A DNA stretch of 64,000 nt from a virus. Where the stretch lies: positions 2,898 to 66,897 of the IMG/VR virus record IMGVR_UViG_3300010149_000016; one strand, written 5' to 3'. Every line of letters begins with the position of its first letter. The first letter of the stretch is position 1. Below, in pieces: positions 38,582 to 47,867 of the stretch. The position numbers were made by a program, and so were the translations under genes. The notes under the pieces are model-generated. The model saw only the letters and a program-made list of their open reading frames with translations. It searched no databases and was not told the origin of the DNA.

Positions 38582-39082
38582 ATGAAAATTTTAACAGTTG
38601 AAAATAAGACGTATGAACTAGATGACATACCAGATACAATAGATGATTTAAGATACAGTATATTAGATTACAGTAATCCAGGTTTTATTGATTACTACTT
38701 TATTCCACTAGTGTTTTTAGAAAGTTTTTATGCACCAGCGGCAGTACTTAAAATTGGTGAATATCAAATAACAATGCCATTAGATTGGAGTGTTGTAATA
38801 TGCGATCCTACTGTAGGCGACCCAGAAGTAGTAAGTTTAATGAGCTTAAATGATAGAGGTTTTAGTGTATTTGCATTTAATCCAATTACAGGATTTACAC
38901 CTAAATATTTAGATGTTAGTATTACTAATATATACACAGACGTAAAATGGTACGCACCTAAATTAAAGTTTGGACATTTATTAAATGTTCCATTGCATGA
39001 TGGAGAAAACCCTCCATGTGTATTATTTGTAAAAGAATCAAACAAGCTACCTGAGGTACTTGACATAAGCGAGCTTTGGTAA
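38582..39082 (+). CDS. Hypothetical beta-rich protein (possible degenerate Hint fold)
   Basis: ORF with SD; fold call is inference. Confidence 0.6.
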   Translation: MKILTVENKTYELDDIPDTIDDLRYSILDYSNPGFIDYYFIPLVFLESFYAPAAVLKIGEYQITMPLDWSVVICDPTVGDPEVVSLMSLNDRGFSVFAFNPITGFTPKYLDVSITNIYTDVKWYAPKLKFGHLLNVPLHDGENPPCVLFVKESNKLPEVLDISELW

Positions 39083-39086
39083 TATA

Positions 39087-39308
39087 ATGAAAACAAGAAT
39101 ACATGTTAATCAGCACATAATTAAACGTAATGCAAAGTCTGGCGATAGAGAGCCAGTACTAACATGTAAAACATCTAAGAGTAATAACTATGCACATGAA
39201 GTAATTATTAAAGGTGATTCTAAAGTTATATACAGTCCAGATAAGCCATTATCATGTGGTGCAAAAGTTTGGATAGAAACAGAAGGAGAAGTTATAATTG
39301 TCAAATAA
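39087..39308 (+). CDS. Small conserved phage protein
   Basis: IHVNQH...PLSCGAKVWIET. Confidence 0.7.
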   Translation: MKTRIHVNQHIIKRNAKSGDREPVLTCKTSKSNNYAHEVIIKGDSKVIYSPDKPLSCGAKVWIETEGEVIIVK

Positions 39309-39756
39309 GCTAAACATTAAAAGTGAAATGGCGGCAATTGATACTAAAGATAGAGCTTGGTACGATAGTCTTACTGATGAAGAAAAGAACAAACTTGGTT
39401 TATGGTTACTTATGCGTTACACTAGTAGTTGTGGCGATAAGATGTTTACAGAGCATTATTTAGAATGGACTAATGAAGTTGTAAATGTACACTTCAATAA
39501 AATAAGAAAACATCCACAATTGCAGTTTCAACTGATGCAATTAGTAGGACTTGGTAAAACTACGTTTCATCCTTGGATTGCTCCAGGCAAAGCAATGAAA
39601 AAGAATAAAATACAAAAATGGGTAACTGAAAACTATAGTCACTTAAATGATGATGAGATAGAAATATTTATTAGCACAAAAACAAAAGATGATTGGAAAG
39701 ATCTATTTGAAGAATATGGGCTAGATAAAAAACAAATAAAAGAATTATTAAAATGA
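39298..39756 (+). CDS. Clamp-loader small subunit-like (gp62-like)
   Basis: LMRYTS, NEVVN, PQLQF, FHPWI pattern; TTG start with SD. Confidence 0.55.
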   Translation: MSNKLNIKSEMAAIDTKDRAWYDSLTDEEKNKLGLWLLMRYTSSCGDKMFTEHYLEWTNEVVNVHFNKIRKHPQLQFQLMQLVGLGKTTFHPWIAPGKAMKKNKIQKWVTENYSHLNDDEIEIFISTKTKDDWKDLFEEYGLDKKQIKELLK

Positions 39757-40421
39757 CGTTTACGGCTTTAGATCTAAATATAACAGATGAAGATAGAAAA
39801 GCCATGTATAATGAAGTAATGTCAGTTGACGATAATTATTGGCACTACAACGAATTTCGTGGATGTAAAATGTTACCTGTATTTAATGCAGGCGGTCAGC
39901 TTGGTGGACAAGCAGAAGGCAAAAATACAAGACATGGAGAATTTGCATATACTGAACCTGCACAGAAGTGGACATTTACACAAAAACTTTTAAAAGAAAA
40001 AGTATTTCCATGGATGAAACCATTGGGTAGAGTTACTATATTAAGAACACCTGCAGGGTATGGATTAAATGTACATTTAGATAGCAAGGTTGATGAAATA
40101 GGAACACTACAACATAAATTTAGAATTGTGTTAAATGGTAATGTTGATAAGTTGTATTTTATAGATAAGAAACATAATAAAGTTTATATTCCAGAAAATT
40201 ACACTACATATGTATTAGATGGCAGTCATCCACATGCACTTGAGCCAGGAACGGAAGAAAAAGTTACATTGTGTATAGGAGCACCATGGACTGGACAACC
40301 AACAGAAAAATATGTTGACTTGATTAATAACTCATTATATAATATGAAAGTCAGTAGACCAGACAGTTTAAAAGAAAACTGGACTGATCCTTTTTGGAAA
40401 ATGGAAACTATTAATGTTTAA
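39753..40421 (+). CDS. 2OG-Fe(II) oxygenase-like
   Basis: VHLD...KFRIVL...HPH. Confidence 0.7.
   Translation: MTFTALDLNITDEDRKAMYNEVMSVDDNYWHYNEFRGCKMLPVFNAGGQLGGQAEGKNTRHGEFAYTEPAQKWTFTQKLLKEKVFPWMKPLGRVTILRTPAGYGLNVHLDSKVDEIGTLQHKFRIVLNGNVDKLYFIDKKHNKVYIPENYTTYVLDGSHPHALEPGTEEKVTLCIGAPWTGQPTEKYVDLINNSLYNMKVSRPDSLKENWTDPFWKMETINV
40315..40343 (+). promoter_or_regulatory. Intragenic sigma70-type promoter
   Basis: TTGACT-17-TATAAT. Confidence 0.7.
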
Positions 40422-41085
40422 ATGTAATTATTGTGGAAAAACTTTTAAAAAAGAAAGTACACTAGCAGTACATATGTGTGAACAGAAACGTAGGTTTATG
40501 CAAAAAGGCGAACAACATGTTCAACTTGGTTTTAGAGCATTTCAATTATTTTACAAAATAGGAACAAATTCAAAAAATGAAAAAAGCTATGAAGATTTTG
40601 CAAAAAGTCAATACTACATTGGCTTCTGTAAGTTCGGTTATTATTGTCGCGACATTGGTATCGATGATGTACCGGCTTACGCAACTTGGTTAATAAAGAA
40701 TCAAGTAAGATTAGATCATTGGTGTAGAGATAAACAATTTACGTCTTGGATGAAAGAGCGTTTAAGAACAGAAACTGTAGATAGAGCAGTAGAAAGAACA
40801 ATACTATTTTTGCAAACATGGGCAAAAGAAAATAATACAACATATAATACATATTTTGATTCTGTTGCACCAAGTTTAGCAGTATTTCATATTTGTAGTG
40901 GAAAAATTTCACCATGGGTATTGTTTACTAGTACATCAGCACAACGATTAATTGATAACTTTAATAGTGAACAATTAAAAATGATCACAGACTATTTAGA
41001 AATAGATTACTGGCAACGTGCAATGAAAGTTAATCCACAGGATACTAAATGGGTTACGGAAATATTAGAGCAAGCAACTATATGA
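40414..41085 (+). CDS. C2H2-type zinc-finger protein, possibly gp59 helicase-loader-like
   Basis: CNYCGKTF....L..HMC; helical remainder with SGKISPW. Confidence 0.6.
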   Translation: MFKCNYCGKTFKKESTLAVHMCEQKRRFMQKGEQHVQLGFRAFQLFYKIGTNSKNEKSYEDFAKSQYYIGFCKFGYYCRDIGIDDVPAYATWLIKNQVRLDHWCRDKQFTSWMKERLRTETVDRAVERTILFLQTWAKENNTTYNTYFDSVAPSLAVFHICSGKISPWVLFTSTSAQRLIDNFNSEQLKMITDYLEIDYWQRAMKVNPQDTKWVTEILEQATI

Positions 41086-41168
41086 TATTATCTATAATTT
41101 TTATATTGTGTTGTTTTATAATACCAATTGCTTTATTATATAAAATGAATAATGAGGATCCAAGATGA
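41082..41168 (+). CDS. Unannotated 28-aa single-TM peptide
   Basis: MILSIIFILCCFIIPIALLYKMNNEDPR; ATGA overlaps at both ends. Confidence 0.55.
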   Translation: MILSIIFILCCFIIPIALLYKMNNEDPR

Positions 41169-41749
41169 TAGTAAACACAGATATTGATATTGATGTAGCA
41201 AATAGAGATAAGCTACTTAATATTATTAAAGGAATACCTGCAATGATTGCACGTGATAACAAACAAGTTAAACATAATACAGGTGTATACTTTCACGAGA
41301 TTCCTAGTAATCCATTTAATGGACTTAGTACAATAGATCACAAAGAAGCTGAAGAAATGGGCTACTTTAAAATTGATATACTTAATGTTGGTTTATATAA
41401 AAAGATAGAATCTAAAAAACAATTAGATGATTTACTAGCAATGGAACCAATGTGGGAATTGTTAGAACATAAAGAAGTAGTGGAACAGTGTTTTCATATT
41501 CATAAACATTTTGCTATTGTTGGACAGATGAAACCAAAAAGCGTTGAACAAATGGCCGCAGTACTTGCAGTAATTAGACCTGCTAAAAGATATTTAATTG
41601 GCAAAGATTGGAATACTATTAATAAAGAAGTATGGGTTAAACCTACTAATGGAGATTATTACTTTAAAAAAGCACATGCTCATGCGTATGCAATGGCAAT
41701 TGTATTACAATTAAATATGTTAGCTACGGGTTTTTCTTTACAAGATTAA
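41165..41749 (+). CDS. Miniature DnaE (Pol III alpha)-like nucleotidyltransferase
   Basis: DIDID, KHNTGVY, GYFKIDIL, IRPA, YYFKKAHA colinear with DnaE motifs. Confidence 0.8.
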   Translation: MIVNTDIDIDVANRDKLLNIIKGIPAMIARDNKQVKHNTGVYFHEIPSNPFNGLSTIDHKEAEEMGYFKIDILNVGLYKKIESKKQLDDLLAMEPMWELLEHKEVVEQCFHIHKHFAIVGQMKPKSVEQMAAVLAVIRPAKRYLIGKDWNTINKEVWVKPTNGDYYFKKAHAHAYAMAIVLQLNMLATGFSLQD

Positions 41750-42095
41750 TACTTCGTCTTTTAATACGTTTAGTAATACTGTTACTTAATCTTACTTCTG
41801 GTCCTGCAATTATATCCATTTGTTTAACATTAAAACTCTGTACACAATATTGGAAATTCCATCTATTAAGTAATGCAATATTAATAGGTAATTTTCTGTT
41901 AGTTTCCCACCACCATTCTTCACCAAGTACTAAAAACTTTTCTTTTTCTGACATTTCTGATAAACGATCGTAGACGTACATGCTTGCAACTTGGTTATCT
42001 ATGTTTTGGATAATACCTAGATATTCGTTGCCAGCATACTCAACGACTGTTAGGAACGGATATTCGTCCAAGAGTTTCTGATGTTTTGTTTGCAT
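41724..42095 (-). CDS. Late hypothetical protein
   Basis: Late promoter GCTAAATA (42109-42102); WWWETNR motif. Confidence 0.7.
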   Translation of the reverse strand: MQTKHQKLLDEYPFLTVVEYAGNEYLGIIQNIDNQVASMYVYDRLSEMSEKEKFLVLGEEWWWETNRKLPINIALLNRWNFQYCVQSFNVKQMDIIAGPEVRLSNSITKRIKRRSINLVKKNP

Positions 42096-42158
42096 TACAT
42101 CTATTTAGCCTTTAAAAATCTGACAGAATTTGATAAATACTTTACAGGAGTCTAACAC

Positions 42159-42992
42159 ATGTCAAATTACGGAACAACATATAATATAAACCAAACAGGT
42201 GAATTATACACATTAGAAGATCACGGTTCAGCACCAGGACTAGGCAAATATGCTAGTGCAAAAGGTACAGCCGTTAATAGCCCAGTTAATTACAGATTTT
42301 TAAAACTATTTCGTGGTTTTGATAATGAGTTTTTCTTCTTTGTAAAGAATCAAGATAGAAAACCTATCATGTTACACGGTACTACAATGCAAGTGTCGTT
42401 TATTGATAGAGATGATAGATCAACAGTAATAAGTAAAAAAGCAATTATAACTGATTACGAAGCAGGATCTGTTAAAGTAGTAATAACTAGCGGTGAAAGT
42501 GGATTATTTTCACAAGGACTATATGATCTAGTGTTTAGTTATACTACAGATCAGGGATTAGTAGTTCCTATGTACTGTGACTTAAATATGAGACCTAACT
42601 ATACAGTTGAGTGCTCAGAAGAAGGAGATGCTTTACCATTAACTACACAAATTAACGATTCATTTACTACTCAAGTTATAAACAATGATACATACTACTT
42701 TAGTAGTGCATTAAGAGCAACAGGCTACTACAATAAACCAAATGGACTTATCACTATTGCTGTTTATGGAACAGGATATACTGGTAATTTTTGGATACAG
42801 GGTGCATTAAGCGATAACCCATCAGAAAATGACTGGTTTGATATTACATTAGGTACATACACACAGCCATTTTATCCATACAACGGACACACAGGCATAG
42901 ATCCTTGGACTTTCCGTACAAATGTTAAATATATAAGATCAAAGCACACTCAACCTGCAGGAACACTTGACAAAGTTATAGTTAGAGTGTAA
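42159..42992 (+). CDS. Virion structural protein (beta-rich)
   Basis: Late promoter 42132-42139, SD AGGAG. Confidence 0.6.
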   Translation: MSNYGTTYNINQTGELYTLEDHGSAPGLGKYASAKGTAVNSPVNYRFLKLFRGFDNEFFFFVKNQDRKPIMLHGTTMQVSFIDRDDRSTVISKKAIITDYEAGSVKVVITSGESGLFSQGLYDLVFSYTTDQGLVVPMYCDLNMRPNYTVECSEEGDALPLTTQINDSFTTQVINNDTYYFSSALRATGYYNKPNGLITIAVYGTGYTGNFWIQGALSDNPSENDWFDITLGTYTQPFYPYNGHTGIDPWTFRTNVKYIRSKHTQPAGTLDKVIVRV

Positions 42993-42995
42993 TAT
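42967..42995 (+). promoter_or_regulatory. sigma70-type promoter, leaderless
   Basis: TTGACA-17-TAATAT; +1 = ATG 43002. Confidence 0.7.
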
Positions 42996-43001
42996 ATACA
43001 C

Positions 43002-44015
43002 ATGACATTAATGAATGATTACGTTAGAACTCTGGTTCCGGTTAATTGGCGATCTAGTCCTAGTGGCTGGATTAGCGGTAACTGTCCGATGTGTGTACGT
43101 AATGGCCAAAGCAGACCAGATACAAAAGGTAGAGGCGGATTCTTATTTGATGAAGAAAAATTTCAATATAATTGTTTTAACTGCAATTATAAAACAGGAT
43201 GGAGTCCACAGAGTAAAATTACAACAAGATTAAAAAATTTGTTAGTAACACTTGGTGGCGACGAAAATGATATTCAACGTATACAATTAGAATTATTGCG
43301 TGAGCAAGATGTAGCTACATTATTAATAAAAACTGAGAAACGTAAAAACTTAGTTATTGATTGGGATGAAAAACAATTACCAGAAGATGCTAGACCATTT
43401 ATGGAATTTAAAGAACCAGATGTTGATTGGACTGAAGCAGCTACATATTTGACAAATAGGGGATTTGATATAACTGATTCAAGATTTATGTGGAGTCCTA
43501 GTAAACAACATGGCAGAGTAAATAAGAGATTTATTTTACCATTTACATATAAAAATAAAGTAGTTGGATATACTGCTAGATGGGCCGGTGATAATATACC
43601 AGATGGAATGCCTAAGTATTATAATCAGCAACCTAAAAAAGATTTTGTATATGGATTAGATAAACAAACAAGAGATAAGCAAATAGTTATTGTATCAGAA
43701 GGACAACTTGATGCTATTGTAACAGATGGTTGTGCAATTGGTAGTAATAATATAAATGAAGAACAAGCAGATATATTACATAGTTTAGAGAAACAAATTA
43801 TAATATTACCTGATGCTGATGAAGCTGGTAAATTAATGTGCAAAGCGGCTATAAAACATGGTTGGAGTGTAGCATTTCCTGAATGGAAAGACTGTAAAGA
43901 TGCAAGTGATGCCTTGACAAAATACGGAAGATTGTATACAATAACAAGTATTATAGAAAGTGCTGAAAGTAATAAAACAAAAATTGAATTAATGATGAGA
44001 AAGTATTGCAAATGA
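43002..44015 (+). CDS. gp61: DNA primase
   Basis: CPMC...CFNC zinc ribbon, EGQLDA TOPRIM, DADEAG, KDASD. Confidence 0.9.
   Translation: MTLMNDYVRTLVPVNWRSSPSGWISGNCPMCVRNGQSRPDTKGRGGFLFDEEKFQYNCFNCNYKTGWSPQSKITTRLKNLLVTLGGDENDIQRIQLELLREQDVATLLIKTEKRKNLVIDWDEKQLPEDARPFMEFKEPDVDWTEAATYLTNRGFDITDSRFMWSPSKQHGRVNKRFILPFTYKNKVVGYTARWAGDNIPDGMPKYYNQQPKKDFVYGLDKQTRDKQIVIVSEGQLDAIVTDGCAIGSNNINEEQADILHSLEKQIIILPDADEAGKLMCKAAIKHGWSVAFPEWKDCKDASDALTKYGRLYTITSIIESAESNKTKIELMMRKYCK
43914..43942 (+). promoter_or_regulatory. Intragenic sigma70-type promoter for helicase
   Basis: TTGACA-17-TACAAT. Confidence 0.65.
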
Positions 44016-45415
44016 ATGAACAAGTAAAAGAATATAATGTAGACTTACAAAGATTGTTTGTGGAATTTTTAGCACAAGATAAAGATTTATTTGCTAGAGT
44101 AAATGGTATTTTAGATCCACAATATTTTGATAGAGAATTGCGTAAAGGTGTAGAATTTATACAAGAGCATGCAGTAGGATATAGTGCATTACCTACACTA
44201 GAACAAATACTTGCAACAACAGGATTAGAATTACAAGAACTTAAAGATGTAGATGATAGACATAAGCAATGGTTTATTGATGAGTTTGAAATATTTTGTA
44301 AACATAAGGCACTAGAAAGTGCAATTTTAAAAAGTGCTGATTTACTAGAAAAAGGTGAATACGGACCAGTAGAGCGTATGGTAAAAGAAGCAGTTCAAAT
44401 TGGACTAGCAAAGCATATGGGAACAGATTATTGGGAATCGCCAGCAGAACGTATTGAACGTGTTCGTAATCAACGTGGAGGTACAAGCACAGGTTGGGCA
44501 GAAATTGATAAAAAATTATATGGTGGATTTAATAGAGGTGAATTGAATATATTTGCTGCACCATCAGGCGGTGGTAAGAGTTTATTCTTACAAAATTTAG
44601 GATTAAACTGGGCATTAGCAGGATTAAATGTTGTATATGTAAGTTTAGAGCTTAGTGAAGAATTATGTAGTATGCGTTTAGATAGTATGTTAACTGGAAT
44701 GAATACACGTGATGTATTTAAAAATGCAGATGATGTAGATTTAAAAGTACGTATGCAAGGTAAAAATGCAGGTAAATTACAAATTGTACAATTACCTAAT
44801 GGTATTACAATTAATGCGATTACTAGTTACTTACGTGAATATGAAGTTAAGAACGATATTAAAGTTGATGCAATTTGCATAGATTATTTAGACTTAATGA
44901 TGCCAGCACAAAACAAAGTTAATCCAAGTGACTTGTTTATTAAAGATAAATTTGTATCAGAAGAGTTACGTAACTTTGCAGTAGAGCATGATTTACTGTT
45001 TGCTACAGCATCACAGTTAAATAGAGCGGCAGTAGAAGAAGTAGAATTTGATCATTCTCACATTGCAGGTGGTTTGAGTAAGATTCAAACTGCTGATAAC
45101 GTTATTGGTATATTTACAAGCCAAGCAATGCGTGAACGTGGACGTTATCAAGTACAATTTATGAAAACTAGAAGTAGTAGTGGAGTAGGACAAAAAGTTG
45201 ATTTAAAATTTGATATATCAGGCTTGCGTATTGAAGACTTAGATGATGATGAAGCAGGATCTACTATGAATCAACCTAGTGCTATGTTTGAAAAGATTAA
45301 AGCACAGAATAAAATATCACATCAAGAGAAGAATATTGCTGAAAATAGTGTAGTTGAAAACACTATTTCGGGACATGATAAACTTCGCAGTATGTTAAAA
45401 AGAAGTAATAGTTAG
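44012..45415 (+). CDS. gp41: Replicative DnaB-like helicase
   Basis: APSGGGKS, SLELSE, IDYLDL, ASQLNR, KTR. Confidence 0.95.
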   Translation: MNEQVKEYNVDLQRLFVEFLAQDKDLFARVNGILDPQYFDRELRKGVEFIQEHAVGYSALPTLEQILATTGLELQELKDVDDRHKQWFIDEFEIFCKHKALESAILKSADLLEKGEYGPVERMVKEAVQIGLAKHMGTDYWESPAERIERVRNQRGGTSTGWAEIDKKLYGGFNRGELNIFAAPSGGGKSLFLQNLGLNWALAGLNVVYVSLELSEELCSMRLDSMLTGMNTRDVFKNADDVDLKVRMQGKNAGKLQIVQLPNGITINAITSYLREYEVKNDIKVDAICIDYLDLMMPAQNKVNPSDLFIKDKFVSEELRNFAVEHDLLFATASQLNRAAVEEVEFDHSHIAGGLSKIQTADNVIGIFTSQAMRERGRYQVQFMKTRSSSGVGQKVDLKFDISGLRIEDLDDDEAGSTMNQPSAMFEKIKAQNKISHQEKNIAENSVVENTISGHDKLRSMLKRSNS

Positions 45416-45455
45416 ATAAATACTACAATAAGTTGAACTTATTCGGAGAATATAC

Positions 45456-45704
45456 ATGAAGAAACGTACTCGTAGTCTTTTAGAAGAAATTAACTCGTTA
45501 GCACCTAGAAAAGACAAGATCAGCATCTTGGAAAGCAAAGGTAATAATGCTATAAGTAGTATTATCAATATACTTGAGATGATTGACTCTAATTATGATA
45601 AAGAAACAGCTCAGGACTTAACTAAGCGTATTATGCTAAGTATTAAGAATAGAGATGTAGAACGTTTCAATCGTGGAGTTAAAAAGATCAGAGGTCCAAA
45701 ATGA
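45456..45704 (+). CDS. Late hypothetical protein
   Basis: Late promoter 45415-45422; SD GGAG. Confidence 0.7.
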   Translation: MKKRTRSLLEEINSLAPRKDKISILESKGNNAISSIINILEMIDSNYDKETAQDLTKRIMLSIKNRDVERFNRGVKKIRGPK

Positions 45705-46903
45705 AAGTAAGCGATATTGTAGGAACAAAAAAGCGTAAACCTAGAAATTCTAGGTTCCATAGACTTATTCAAAAAAGTTTATTTAAATCTGACCCAAATA
45801 AATTATCAGAAGATGCAGGTGGTGCTAGAATTCAACATCTAGAAGACCTAATTTTATGGGATGGGACAGCAGGCGCAAAAAAAGCAATCGCTACTTTACA
45901 TCAAGTTGAGAAACAACCAAATACAGTAACTATTAAATGGGACGGCTCACCGGCTGTTATGTTTGGTAGAAACGAAAAAGGTGAATTCATACTTACTGAT
46001 AAAAGTGGATTTACTGCCAAAGGGTATGATGGAAGACCAACATCAGCAGAAGCATTACAAAGTATGTTAATGAATCGTCCTGGTGCAAGTAATCCCGATG
46101 CTACTAAAGCATCTAACTATAAAAAGTTTGCAGGTAAAATGGCCAGCATATGGTCAAAAGTAGAAAGTACTGTACCTACTGATTTTAGAGGATACGTAAT
46201 GGGTGATTTACTTTGGTTTAGTACACCGCAAGTAAAAGATAACAAGTTTACGTTTACTCCTAATACAACAACATATCAAGTTAAAGTAGACAGCGAAGTA
46301 GGTAAAAAGATAGCAGACAGTGATGTAGGTGTTGTAGTACACATGGCAGTTGATGCAGATGGACAAAAAAGCAATGTTGATATGTCACAATTCCAAGGTG
46401 GAGCAACATATATAATGCCTCCAGTTATGGTACAAAAATCACCAGGTGTAGATATTCCAGCAGTTGATGAATTAGAAAATTATTTAGATAAAAATGCACA
46501 AGCAATAGATAAATTGTTTAATGTGCCAGCAGAATTAAAAATGGCAGACTTTGGAAAGATACTTTATGCTTATATTAATAATAGCGTTAAACAAGGTAAC
46601 TTAGATAACTTAGGTCCTTCTTTTGGTGATTATGTAAAAAATAGCAAGTTATCAGCACCAAAACAAGCACGTCTTATGGACTATATAAATAGTAACATAG
46701 ATGGCTTTAATGCAACTTTTAATTTTATTAAAGGAATTAAAAAAGTTAAGAATACAGTTATTAAAACCTTAGATGCACAAGACGCAGATGTAGAAGCATT
46801 TACAGCAGGCGAAAGAGGCGGAGAAGGTTATGTAGTTGACAAGGATGTTAAACTTGTAAACAGAGCAGGCTTTACAGCGGCTAACATGGCAAGGAATAAT
46901 TAA
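45701..46903 (+). CDS. Conserved phage protein with ligase-like K-x-D-G motif (DUF6267-like)
   Basis: HLEDL, TIKWDGSPA, GEGYV, KLVNR.GF. Confidence 0.55.
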   Translation: MKVSDIVGTKKRKPRNSRFHRLIQKSLFKSDPNKLSEDAGGARIQHLEDLILWDGTAGAKKAIATLHQVEKQPNTVTIKWDGSPAVMFGRNEKGEFILTDKSGFTAKGYDGRPTSAEALQSMLMNRPGASNPDATKASNYKKFAGKMASIWSKVESTVPTDFRGYVMGDLLWFSTPQVKDNKFTFTPNTTTYQVKVDSEVGKKIADSDVGVVVHMAVDADGQKSNVDMSQFQGGATYIMPPVMVQKSPGVDIPAVDELENYLDKNAQAIDKLFNVPAELKMADFGKILYAYINNSVKQGNLDNLGPSFGDYVKNSKLSAPKQARLMDYINSNIDGFNATFNFIKGIKKVKNTVIKTLDAQDADVEAFTAGERGGEGYVVDKDVKLVNRAGFTAANMARNN

Positions 46904-47101
46904 ATGTACAGTAAGCAATGTAAATTACATTTAGAAGAAGTAGGAGAAACACGTTGGCAACATTTTAAGCATGCAATGTGGGCTTCTTGGCAATTAGAAA
47001 AAGCGGCTTATGCATGTTTTATTCATGCGTTTGCTCCACGTTGGTTTAAAACATATGCAACTGACAAATGTACAGAAGTTAAAGAGAGTAGAAAAAAATA
47101 A
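46904..47101 (+). CDS. Small DUF6356-like protein
   Basis: HLEEVGET.WQH...IHAFAP. Confidence 0.55.
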   Translation: MYSKQCKLHLEEVGETRWQHFKHAMWASWQLEKAAYACFIHAFAPRWFKTYATDKCTEVKESRKK

Positions 47102-47865
47102 TGACTGATAAAAAATATACACTACAACAATATGCCGCAATGCAAGGCGGACATGAAATGTACGAAGATGAGTCTAGTAAAGGATTAACATTTATGCAAT
47201 CACTAGGAGAAGCACGTATGTTCAAAACAAGAAATCAAATTTCAAGTTCAGGTGCAAGAACATTAACAGATCATTTTTTTGTAAGTATGATGAGTTTATA
47301 CGCAATGTCAAATGATTACAAGTATGCACCTATTGCAAAAAAATATGCAAAAGATACAAATAGATTTGGAAATTTTAATAGACCAAGTCCAAGTGGAACT
47401 GACTTGTATCAATCTTTACATACAATATTAAAGCCTGAAGGCTTAGTAGATAGTGAAGCAGATAAATTACTACTCAATAAAGTTAATGTTGATCAACGTA
47501 AAATAAGAATGTTTATGAAACAACTTGAAACTGGTAAAGTTAATCCAGGACAAGCACAAGCATTTTTCTATAAATTAGAAAAAGATTTAGCAATACAAGA
47601 TCCTAAACTAAGAGCGGCAAGACGTTTAGTTGGAGATTGGAATAACCTAACATCAAATCAACAACAACTAGCGGCAACACAAATTAATAAGCATTTTAGA
47701 TTAAATGCCAGACGCAGTGATTTAAATCCAATATTTTCAAATTATTCAAAAGACGCAGGCTTACAATTATCAAGTCCTGAGAAAAAGAGTATTGGAAAAC
47801 GTATTGCACGTGGTGCAGCAGCGTTTGCAGCAGGTTATACTGCTGGTAAACTTACAGGCATGTAA
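47101..47865 (+). CDS. Probable internal virion protein
   Basis: LGE|A site; late cluster. Confidence 0.6.
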   Translation: MTDKKYTLQQYAAMQGGHEMYEDESSKGLTFMQSLGEARMFKTRNQISSSGARTLTDHFFVSMMSLYAMSNDYKYAPIAKKYAKDTNRFGNFNRPSPSGTDLYQSLHTILKPEGLVDSEADKLLLNKVNVDQRKIRMFMKQLETGKVNPGQAQAFFYKLEKDLAIQDPKLRAARRLVGDWNNLTSNQQQLAATQINKHFRLNARRSDLNPIFSNYSKDAGLQLSSPEKKSIGKRIARGAAAFAAGYTAGKLTGM

Positions 47866-47867
47866 TA

